Part shown: positions 8,742 to 16,448 of the stretch, piece by piece
Numbering within the stretch: the first letter of the stretch is position 1
Layout: each line of letters opens with the position of its first letter
Notes under the pieces: generated by a model
Database searches by the model: none
The model's input: only the letters and a program-made list of their open reading frames with translations
Told to the model about the DNA's origin: nothing
Assembly (NCBI GenBank): GCA_046757025.1
Contig: JBHHXN010000061.1
Coordinates: forward strand, 1-27,073
Origin: a bacterium
Lineage (GTDB): Bacteria; Zhuqueibacterota; Zhuqueibacteria; Oceanimicrobiales; Oceanimicrobiaceae
DNA length: 27,073 nucleotides
Direction of reading: 5' to 3'
Program-made: the position numbers and the translations under genes

Positions 8742-8902
8742 GTGTCTGAACGAATACCACCCAATCTTCCCGAAGGCCTCCTGGCCGAGGTTGAATTCCT
8801 GCTTAACTCGGCGGGGCCTGTCCTGAGCTTTGTCGAAGGGACGCCTTCGCGAAGAGGTTTAGAAATCGTGCATTTATCGAGTTTTCGTTCAGATATTAAT
8901 TA
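8736..8902. mobile_element. MITE-like element B with nested palindromes
   Basis: Terminal inverted repeats TAATTAGTGTCTGAACGAA (8736-8754) and TTCGTTCAGATATTAATTA (8884-8902) match 17/19. Internal CTTCCCGAAGGC/GCCTTCGCGAAG (8766-8854), GCCGAG/CTCGGC and CCTGTCCTGAGCTTTGTCGAAGGG. Confidence 0.65.
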
Positions 8903-8930
8903 ATCCTGAAAATAAAAAATTTCCCCACAT

Positions 8931-8959
8931 AAAAAAGGCACAGCCGGATGGCCATGCCT
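8931..8959 (-). terminator. intrinsic terminator
   Basis: Minus strand AGGCATGGCC-ATCC-GGCTGTGCCT followed by a U tract: 10-bp stem with two G-U pairs. Confidence 0.75.
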
Positions 8960-9024
8960 GCTTCTCCTCCTCCTCCGCATAAATTGTATAAATTGATTTT
9001 GATATTCTTCCTTGAAAAGCTAAA

Positions 9025-9052
9025 AATATAATCGAAATTTTGGAAAAGTCAA
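9025..9052 (-). promoter_or_regulatory. putative sigma70 promoter
   Basis: Minus strand TTGACT-16 bp-TATATT, preceded by an A-tract (UP-like). Confidence 0.5.
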
Positions 9053-9191
9053 GTTTTTTTATTTTGTTGCACTGGAAAATCGCTGCCAACCAATTTCATC
9101 TTGCTGCATGACAATCAAGGAAATCAATCACACCTAACAAACTCGCTAGCACTTAGTGAAAAAGCCGAAACATTTTATTGAACCAGGTACC

Positions 9192-9917
9192 TCAATTCAA
9201 TTCAGTGAGTTGTTTTCTGGCAAAAGCATGGTTTGGATTATTTTTAACCACCTCATGAAACATTTTTATGGCCTTTTCATGCCAGCCGTTATCGAGATAA
9301 AATTTGCCAACCGAATTATACAATTCGTCCAGGCCTTTTCCTTCAACAAAACGATTCAACATGCCCATGATTTCTTCCCCAAAATGCTTTCGGGTTCTTT
9401 TGGGATCCTCCAACAACAGCGTCAACAGCAAGATGTTATCTTTGTAGCGACAAATGAGGTCTTTTAAGATTTTAATCCCATCATTAAAGAGTTCGTCGAT
9501 CAGATCCAGGTGGTACTGCAAATTATCTTTGGTTCTGTGGAAGGTGTTGCTTTCTTCTACGTAGTGCTCCATCACATACTTCAACTCTCGGGTCGCCATG
9601 ACTTTGTGAAAAAGCAATCCAATGTTGTTCATAAATTCGGTTTCAATTTCGTCGGGAGTAAATTTGAAAGCTTTCTCGTATTTATTTTTTTTGGGATCGA
9701 TCAGCCGTTTGAACAGCAAATGATGATCTTCTTTTATTTCAAACAAAATGTCGCTGATTTCTCGCATCTTTTCAAATGAAATGAATACGCCTTTGCGGAG
9801 TAAGCGACGATATATGTTAAATTTTTCTCGTGCCTCCAAATACATCATGACCATGTTTCGAATTTTCCAATTTTTGATGCGTTTCAAATATGGACGCACA
9901 TCGTTATTTTCAGCCAT
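9192..9917 (-). CDS. hypothetical helical protein with C-terminal TPR-like motif
   Basis: 241 aa with a GGGAG RBS. The C-terminal LYNSVGKFYLDNGWHEKAIKMFHEVVKNNPNHAFA fits a TPR. Confidence 0.8.
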   Translation of the reverse strand: MAENNDVRPYLKRIKNWKIRNMVMMYLEAREKFNIYRRLLRKGVFISFEKMREISDILFEIKEDHHLLFKRLIDPKKNKYEKAFKFTPDEIETEFMNNIGLLFHKVMATRELKYVMEHYVEESNTFHRTKDNLQYHLDLIDELFNDGIKILKDLICRYKDNILLLTLLLEDPKRTRKHFGEEIMGMLNRFVEGKGLDELYNSVGKFYLDNGWHEKAIKMFHEVVKNNPNHAFARKQLTELN

Positions 9918-10015
9918 TTCAGAACTCCCGTTTAATTCAAACTCGCATGCACCCTATAAATTGGAACTTTTTTGGGAAAAGATCAAGTAGGATTTTTAGA
10001 AATGATAGGGAAATC

Positions 10016-11845
10016 TCATTGACTCATACGCTCCACTCGTCGGGTCCGTCCTTGCAACCAGCCTTGCCGAATTTGCAATTGCCGTTTCGTGGGATTTTCG
10101 ACCGCTTCGATCTCGCATTGAACCCGCTCTCTTTTACCTATTTTGAGAATCAGGTCAATAAATCGCTTCCCACGTAAGATCCTCAGTTGCATTTCTGCGC
10201 CAATTTTTTGCTTACGCACAAGCGCATAAAATTGTCGCATGGACACGATATTCACACCGTTCGCTTTAAGGAGGAAATCTCTTCGCTTGAGACCGGCCAG
10301 GGTAAGGGGACTGCCCTGCTCAACTGAAATCACGCGATTGCGCCGACCGGCTAGCAGTAGACCGCCCACACTGGGCATCCATCGACTGTGAAGGGAGACT
10401 TCCATTCCAGCATACTGCAGTACCTCTGGATACGGCAACTCTTCCGTCCCCGAAACATAGTTTGCGAAAAAGCCGGTCAAATCTCCTTCACACAATTCAT
10501 TGATGGTAGCTAAAATGTCGCCGGGCCTATACCCTTGTTGTTTTTTGCCAAAGCGCTCATTCATGGCGATCATGACCTCATCCAGGCTGACGCGGTTTTC
10601 GGTGAGCTGCCGAATTTTCAAATCCAGCAGTAACCCTAACAGCTCGCCTTTGTTGTAGTAGGAAACGCCGTTGTGAGCGTAGCCGCGTTCCCAGGTAAAC
10701 CAGCTTGCGTCTTCCACGCTGATTTGTTTGCGCTCGTTGGTTTCCTGTAAAATTTCGATCTGGCGCTCCATTTCTTCTATAAATTCCGTTTGCTCCCACA
10801 GGCTGCTGCGAAGCAGGGTCAGCGCTTCGTAATAACTGGTGACGCCCTCTACAAACCACAACGACCTGCACCGGGCTGCGCGTGAATAATCGTAATGAGT
10901 GAAAATTTCAGGTCGAATCCTTTTCACGTTCCACAGATGAAAAAACTCATGTGCGGTCACTTCTGCAGCACTGAGTATGTCACGGGCCAGGCGCTCGCCG
11001 GCCAGCCCGATGCTGGTGGAATTGGCATGTTCGAGTCCTCCGCCACTGCGATTCCCCGGCAGCAAATTATAAAAAAACAGGTAACGATTTACCGGCAATT
11101 CTTGAAACAACTCTGTTTGATAGCGGCAAATTTGTTTTACCATCCAAACCAGGCTGTCCGCGGAAAAACGAGACCGACCGTGTACGATCAGCTCAATGGA
11201 CACGTCATCAAGCAAGAAACCCAATTTTTGAAATTGCCCCATCTGTGCGGGTGAATCGATAAAATCATCATAATTATCCGCATAAAAAGTGTTTGTACTT
11301 GTGGCAGAACGCAAAGGCGTCGCCATTTTCCAACCTGTCGGCAATTTGTATGTGACAGAGACAGGCGTGTCTCTTTTATTTTTTACATACAAAAAGGTGC
11401 TGGGTCCTTCTACCAGTGCATAAGTGGAATCCAGCCCGCCACGTGACCAGGGTTCATAGGCCGGTTCCACCGTGTATTCCACCCTCACCGATTTTCCGGC
11501 CTGCTCAATCCGCCAGCTATGTTCATCTATTTTCAAAACCGGCAGCGATCCACCATCATCATCGTAGGCGCGTAAATTGCGCACATTCTGGGCATAATCT
11601 CTCATGCGATAAGACCCGGGCGACCAGTGTGGCATGCTCAAAGTCAAATTCCCGCCGCGGTGATTTTGAATTCTCAGGCTGATAATAAAATGTTCAAAAT
11701 CTTTTTCATCCACACTCAGGGTGTAATGAACAGTTTCGATATCGTTTCGCTGAGCGGAGGCCGTGGAAATGTGTAGCGTAAATAAGAATGTCAAAACGAA
11801 AGTTGCAAAAGTGTGACCGTTACCATTCATTTTGAAATCTACCAT
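10016..11845 (-). CDS. M61 glycyl aminopeptidase family protein with C-terminal PDZ domain, secreted
   Basis: MPHWSPGSY, GGGLEH, HEFFHLWNVKRIRP, WFVEGVTSYY and SYYNKG; signal peptide ending ASA; PDZ (SP...AGL...D.LL..NG). The ATG at 11845 has an AGGA RBS. Confidence 0.92.
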   Translation of the reverse strand: MVDFKMNGNGHTFATFVLTFLFTLHISTASAQRNDIETVHYTLSVDEKDFEHFIISLRIQNHRGGNLTLSMPHWSPGSYRMRDYAQNVRNLRAYDDDGGSLPVLKIDEHSWRIEQAGKSVRVEYTVEPAYEPWSRGGLDSTYALVEGPSTFLYVKNKRDTPVSVTYKLPTGWKMATPLRSATSTNTFYADNYDDFIDSPAQMGQFQKLGFLLDDVSIELIVHGRSRFSADSLVWMVKQICRYQTELFQELPVNRYLFFYNLLPGNRSGGGLEHANSTSIGLAGERLARDILSAAEVTAHEFFHLWNVKRIRPEIFTHYDYSRAARCRSLWFVEGVTSYYEALTLLRSSLWEQTEFIEEMERQIEILQETNERKQISVEDASWFTWERGYAHNGVSYYNKGELLGLLLDLKIRQLTENRVSLDEVMIAMNERFGKKQQGYRPGDILATINELCEGDLTGFFANYVSGTEELPYPEVLQYAGMEVSLHSRWMPSVGGLLLAGRRNRVISVEQGSPLTLAGLKRRDFLLKANGVNIVSMRQFYALVRKQKIGAEMQLRILRGKRFIDLILKIGKRERVQCEIEAVENPTKRQLQIRQGWLQGRTRRVERMSQ

Positions 11846-11885
11846 TAGTTTCCTGCCAGCTAGAAAAAACATGCCAAGTCGTGTT

Positions 11886-12063
11886 TATTGAGTGAGTGGC
11901 CGAATACACCCAATTTGTCATTTTGGACGATTCCCTCAAGCAGGAAAATGAGAAATTTCTGAGCACACACCATTCAAATTACAAAAGATGAGCAATCCTG
12001 TATTCTTCGTCGCTTTGTTCCTCAGTGTGACAGGAATACGACGATTTCAATCAAGCACCGAGT
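11886..12063. repeat. decayed relative of element B containing an inverted REP-like pair
   Basis: CGAATACACCCAAT (11901-11914) matches element B CGAATACCACCCAAT. TGTCATTTTGGACGA...GAGAAATTTCT faces ATTCTTCGTCGCTTTGTTCCTCAGTGTGACA (12002-12032). Terminal repeats are only weakly conserved. Confidence 0.45.
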
Positions 12064-12116
12064 CATCCTTTTCATTATTACTTTACAACGCAAAAAGATA
12101 TTTAATCATTTCCCAG

Positions 12117-12156
12117 AAAAAAAGCCTCTGCAGTTTTTCCGACTAACAGAGGCTTT
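12117..12156 (-). terminator. intrinsic terminator of the subtilase gene
   Basis: AAAGCCTCTG (12121-12130) / CAGAGGCTTT (12147-12156) stem with a U tract on the minus strand, 20 nt after the stop. Confidence 0.7.
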
Positions 12157-12176
12157 GATTCTTCGTTCAGCACATA

Positions 12177-14183
12177 TTATTTTCGATCTTTTTGTTTCTT
12201 TCTTCTTTTTGAATTTACTTTGAAAGCGATGAACGGCAAAGCAAAGAACGAAATGTTAGCCAGAGCATTCACAGCGGTCCGCGTACTTTTATTTTGAATG
12301 GCGAAATCGATGGCGGGTTTTCCGCAGCATCCGCCGCCGTCGGTGGGCTCAGCAATGGCAAAACTGAAATTGCTGTCGCGGGTTTCATTGCCAGCGTTGT
12401 CACGAGCAGTGACAAAATAAGTAATGCTGCTGCCCAATACCTGACCCGGGATTTCACCACGGTAGTGATCGCTGCCAGTTGACGTCATGGTCACAATCAC
12501 CGCATCCTGCCCCATCACCTGGTACGTTAAGGAAGCATTTTGAATAGTGCCGTCGTCCAGAATATCGGATTCGACCACGTACGGACCGGATTCGTCCAGC
12601 GTATTGTCCAGTCGGGTGGTTCTGGCGATAATAGGATTGGTTGACATGGACTTGTGTACGTTCAGTCGGCCGCCGGTAATGGTGCGGTTAGCAAAATTTG
12701 ACTTTCTGTCCACCCCGCCTAACAATCGAATGATCACTTGGTTCATGCTCAAACCGGGGAACTGCGCCCAGATCAAAGCCGCGGCGCCACTGACATGTGG
12801 AGTGGCCATGGAGGTGCCGCTCAGGGTGCCATATCGACCGCGCGCCAGGGTACTCATGATATCGTTTCCAGGGGCCGCAAGGTGAACGGTCTTTTTACCC
12901 CGGTTCGAGAAGCTGGCCAAATTATCGCTGCGAGTACTGGCCGCCACAGATAGGATATTGTCCACTTCGTAATTTGCCGGATAGGTTGGAAAGCGATCGT
13001 TGTCGGTGCTTTCGTTGCCAGCGGCCGCGACAAATATTACGCCGTGGTCGCGGGCAAATTTGATGGCGTCTTCCAGAGCCTGTGACCGGCCGCCGCCGCC
13101 CCAACTGTTGCTAAGTACTTTTGCGCCCATATTGGTGGCGTAGATTATGGCTTCCACGGCGTCGTCGGTGGTGCCGCTGCCCTCGCCGCTCAGAAACTTC
13201 AACGGCATCAGAGAGACGTTCCAATTCACGCCTACCACGCCTTTGGAATTGTTGCCTACGGCCCCAACCGTCCCAGCGACATGGGTGCCATGGTTATTGT
13301 CGTCAAGCGGGTTGTTATCGCCGTTGATAAAATCCCAACCGCGGTAATCATCCACAAAACCGTTGTTGTCGTCGTCAACGTTGTTGTTTTCTTTACCGTC
13401 GCCGGATTCACCGGGATTTTTCCAGATGTTGTCCTTCAAATCTTCGTGCCCCATATCGGTGCCCGTATCGATGATTCCCACGATGACAGATTTGCTGCCC
13501 GTTTGCAGATCCCAGGCTTCGGGTCCATCGATGATGTTCATTCCGTACAATTGCGAGAAGCGAGGATCGTTTGGCGTGACAAAGGTGTGGTAAATATAAT
13601 TGGGTTCAGCATATTCGACATTACCATCTGCGTTGCATTCCTCAACCGTTTTTAAAACCGATTTGCCGGAGGGGATGGTGCACTGATAAACGCCAATGGC
13701 GTTGTATTTTTTCTGAACCTGCAAACCCACACTCGTTAGCGCATGGCTGACCACTTCGTCTGAAACCTGCGCTTTAAATTTTACGATCACTTCGCCTTTT
13801 TTATACTCCGCAACTTTAGCCTGAGCTTGCAGGGCCGGCTCGGGCTGGCTTTCTTCAGGCGTTTCTGTAATGGAAAAGGCGCGTACTTTGGCCGTGGGCT
13901 CGGCATACACAACGTACGGCAGGTTGCTGCAAACCTGCACCACTTCCTGTACAGAATATTCAGAAGAGATTTCATAAACATTGACGTTTATCTCCTGAAT
14001 AGTCTTCACTTTTTGTAACCCCAAAGCCGAGGTCAACGAATCAACCTGAATTGTATTCACTTCCGGAACAAATTTGATCAACACTTCTTTTTGCGGACTA
14101 TTTTCCGAAACAGCCATAAAAAATGCAGCGATAACAAAACACAATATGACAAATGATATAACGTATTTCTTGTTCATTCTCAT
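12177..14183 (-). CDS. S8 subtilisin-like serine peptidase with duplicated prodomain and C-terminal membrane anchor
   Basis: Catalytic motifs IIDTG, HGTHVAG and GTSMATPHV, oxyanion AAAGN; N-terminal hydrophobic signal; AGGAGGAG RBS. Confidence 0.95.
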   Translation of the reverse strand: MRMNKKYVISFVILCFVIAAFFMAVSENSPQKEVLIKFVPEVNTIQVDSLTSALGLQKVKTIQEINVNVYEISSEYSVQEVVQVCSNLPYVVYAEPTAKVRAFSITETPEESQPEPALQAQAKVAEYKKGEVIVKFKAQVSDEVVSHALTSVGLQVQKKYNAIGVYQCTIPSGKSVLKTVEECNADGNVEYAEPNYIYHTFVTPNDPRFSQLYGMNIIDGPEAWDLQTGSKSVIVGIIDTGTDMGHEDLKDNIWKNPGESGDGKENNNVDDDNNGFVDDYRGWDFINGDNNPLDDNNHGTHVAGTVGAVGNNSKGVVGVNWNVSLMPLKFLSGEGSGTTDDAVEAIIYATNMGAKVLSNSWGGGGRSQALEDAIKFARDHGVIFVAAAGNESTDNDRFPTYPANYEVDNILSVAASTRSDNLASFSNRGKKTVHLAAPGNDIMSTLARGRYGTLSGTSMATPHVSGAAALIWAQFPGLSMNQVIIRLLGGVDRKSNFANRTITGGRLNVHKSMSTNPIIARTTRLDNTLDESGPYVVESDILDDGTIQNASLTYQVMGQDAVIVTMTSTGSDHYRGEIPGQVLGSSITYFVTARDNAGNETRDSNFSFAIAEPTDGGGCCGKPAIDFAIQNKSTRTAVNALANISFFALPFIAFKVNSKRRKKQKDRK

Positions 14184-14272
14184 CTACTCCTCCTTAATTT
14201 ATGAATGATTTCAATTAATTATTATTTTCAAATAATTCAAAAGAAGCCGAAGGGAAATGGTAAAATCAATCT

Positions 14273-15178
14273 TTATTCCACCGCACTTTTTAGCGTGCCA
14301 AGACCGCTTATTCGACATTCGATGACATCCCCCGATTCCAGGGCTCCCACCCCTGCGGGTGTGCCGGTGGCGATCACATCGCCGGGCTGCAGGGTCAGAT
14401 GCTTCGAAAGGTAGGCCACCAATTCCGGCACGTCAAAAATCATTTCAGAGATACGAGCCTGCTGCTTAACATTGCCATTGACTATAAGCTGCAATTGTAA
14501 GTCATGATAATCTTTGATGGCATCTCTGGGCACCAGATAAGGGCCGAATGGACAAAACGTATCAAAGCTTTTGGCGCGGAACCACGGCTTGCCGGCCTTG
14601 ATATCGGCTTGCTGCAAGTCGCGGGCTGTCACGTCCACCAAAATGCTGAAGCCAGCCACAAACTCCAGAGCATATTTTTCAGAAATGTGGTGCGCTTTTT
14701 TCCCGATCACCACGGCCAACTCTCCTTCATAATCCACGCGCCCAACATCGCGGGGGATTCGGATTTTTTCATCGTGCGCAATCAACGCGGAGGGTGATTT
14801 GGAAAAAAACACCGGCTCCTCCGGCACTGCGTTGCCGAGCTCTTCAGCATGCTTTTGGTAGTTTCGTCCAACACAAAGTATTTTTTGCGGTCGGCCAATG
14901 GGTGGTTGAATTTTGTAAGAGGATTTAATCTGCAAGTCCTGGGTAGGTCGAAACTGCCGCAGGGTGGTCATCACTTCCAGGAAGGATTCCTGATTGAAAA
15001 AGTCTGCTTCCACCATCACCTGTAAAAAATCCAGCCCGGGTCCCCGGCCTTGATTTTTTATTTGTTTATACAAATCCCAAGCCCTTGAAAAATTATAAAC
15101 GGCCTTTTCAAATTTAATACCGATTTGAAAATGCCCTTTTTCATTGGTAAATGAAAAGACCTTTAAAACCTTTTCCAT
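14273..15178 (-). CDS. fumarylacetoacetate hydrolase family protein
   Basis: KILCVGRNY..HAEE, DYEGELAVVIG, DVTARDLQ, KSFDTFCPFGP and GDVIATGTPAGVG. Start uncertain (ATG 15178 vs track start 15223). Confidence 0.92.
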   Translation of the reverse strand: MEKVLKVFSFTNEKGHFQIGIKFEKAVYNFSRAWDLYKQIKNQGRGPGLDFLQVMVEADFFNQESFLEVMTTLRQFRPTQDLQIKSSYKIQPPIGRPQKILCVGRNYQKHAEELGNAVPEEPVFFSKSPSALIAHDEKIRIPRDVGRVDYEGELAVVIGKKAHHISEKYALEFVAGFSILVDVTARDLQQADIKAGKPWFRAKSFDTFCPFGPYLVPRDAIKDYHDLQLQLIVNGNVKQQARISEMIFDVPELVAYLSKHLTLQPGDVIATGTPAGVGALESGDVIECRISGLGTLKSAVE

Positions 15179-15255
15179 GTTTTTAGTTGTCAGTTGGATC
15201 TCCCTAAAACCGTTTTTGATCAAAAATATCTCAGATTTGTTCAGATGGGCGGGAA

Positions 15256-15308
15256 TGAATTATGTATTCAAAAGTACTCAGTTTAGGTAATTATTTTATG
15301 ATTGTCAA
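15256..15308 (-). promoter_or_regulatory. sigma70 promoter with downstream palindromic operator for the FAH gene
   Basis: Minus strand TTGACA (15308-15303)-17 bp-TAAACT (15285-15280). Palindrome TGAAT-N5-ATTCA at 15256-15270. Confidence 0.6.
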
Positions 15309-15388
15309 GAAATTTTTTAAAAGAATGTCATAACGGAGGCTGCAATTTCGCTAATCATTGTGTCCGTTTTTTTTAAACGCAGGCGCCA

Positions 15389-15823
15389 TTAAGCCTGCCC
15401 AAACATATATTGTTTTAAATAACGATTGTCAAATTCTTGCTCATTCAACTGGGCTTTCACCACATCGCCGATGGAAATCATGCCGATCACTTGTTCGTTT
15501 TCCATGATCGGTAGATGCCGGATACGGTTTTGGGTCATGACGCCCATGGTATAGGTTATGTCGTCGTCCGGCAAGCCAATGATCAAATCTCTGGTCATCA
15601 CGTTCTGAATTTTGGTTTTCCGCAATTGTTGATCCCGTTCGGCGCTTTCTCTCAAAATGTCGCGTTCAGAAATGATTCCACTGGGCTTACCCGATTTATT
15701 CATCACCAGCAACGCGCCAATGTTTTTTTCTACCAGCAATTTGATGGCATCGTGGATGGTAGCATCCCCGTTTATCGTCATCACTTCTGCGCCTTTGGAC
15801 TTGAGAATTTCTTTCAGTTTCAT
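15389..15823 (-). CDS. stand-alone CBS-pair (Bateman) domain protein
   Basis: IGALLV...GIISERDI...VMT and RIRHLPI...GMISIGDVVK; strong AGGAGGAGG RBS. Confidence 0.93.
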   Translation of the reverse strand: MKLKEILKSKGAEVMTINGDATIHDAIKLLVEKNIGALLVMNKSGKPSGIISERDILRESAERDQQLRKTKIQNVMTRDLIIGLPDDDITYTMGVMTQNRIRHLPIMENEQVIGMISIGDVVKAQLNEQEFDNRYLKQYMFGQA

Positions 15824-16105
15824 GATTCACAACCTCCTCCTTCTTCAAAGGTTTGGTTTCTGCAAAATGAAATCACTGGTGGGTTCTGCACCCTAATCAG
15901 ACTGTGTGACAACACACAAACTTCGCGTCTGTCATCTGTAAGAATCTTTTTTGTTTAGACGTAAAGTGCTGTTTATTAAAATAATTCTTCCAACCCGTCC
16001 TGCAGGGCGGGGCATGACAATAATAGCGAAATTGGATTTTAGTTTACACTTTGACTTTTCACACAGGCTCTTATGGTTGAACACCTGATTCTGCAGAATA
16101 CTATT

Positions 16106-16270
16106 TTAAGGTAATTTTTTAAACGCACGACACTCCCTGACCGGCTGTCTGGGATACTTTGGAAAAGTCGTATCGATTTTTGTGTAGCTGCACAAAAAGA
16201 ATATCCCACCTCTTGCGCTTTTGATAATTCTTGCATGCTTGCAAGATGCGCATAAACCCTTATTCATCAT
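16106..16270 (-). CDS. small Cys-rich hypothetical protein (putative metal binding)
   Basis: 54 aa: GLCASCKHAR.I.S.RG..F.LC.....D..FPKYPR.PV..C. The four spaced Cys and the FPKYP motif resemble a conserved uncharacterised small protein; co-oriented with its neighbours. Confidence 0.7.
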   Translation of the reverse strand: MMNKGLCASCKHARIIKSARGGIFFLCSYTKIDTTFPKYPRQPVRECRAFKKLP

Positions 16271-16448
16271 GGTAAGTGTTGAGGTCAATTGTTGGATAAT
16301 GGATTGTCAACAGCAAGTGATTATCGGCAACGATTAACTCTTTCTGTCATGCCGCTCTTTTACAACAGTATTTCTGATTAAACAGACCACCCGCGTGTGA
16401 AGAAATCTTAGAGCGCCTTTATCATCGGTTTCGTCAAATGCGATTTAT

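Noticed and set aside
8580..8903. CRISPR array or tRNA/riboswitch interpretation of the palindromic region
   Set aside because: There are no equal-length direct repeats with spacers, no cloverleaf and no recognisable riboswitch consensus (e.g. TPP).
8889..9089. 66-aa ORF from the track (contains EEEEK)
   Set aside because: It spans a promoter, a terminator and a repeat end, with no RBS or family signal.
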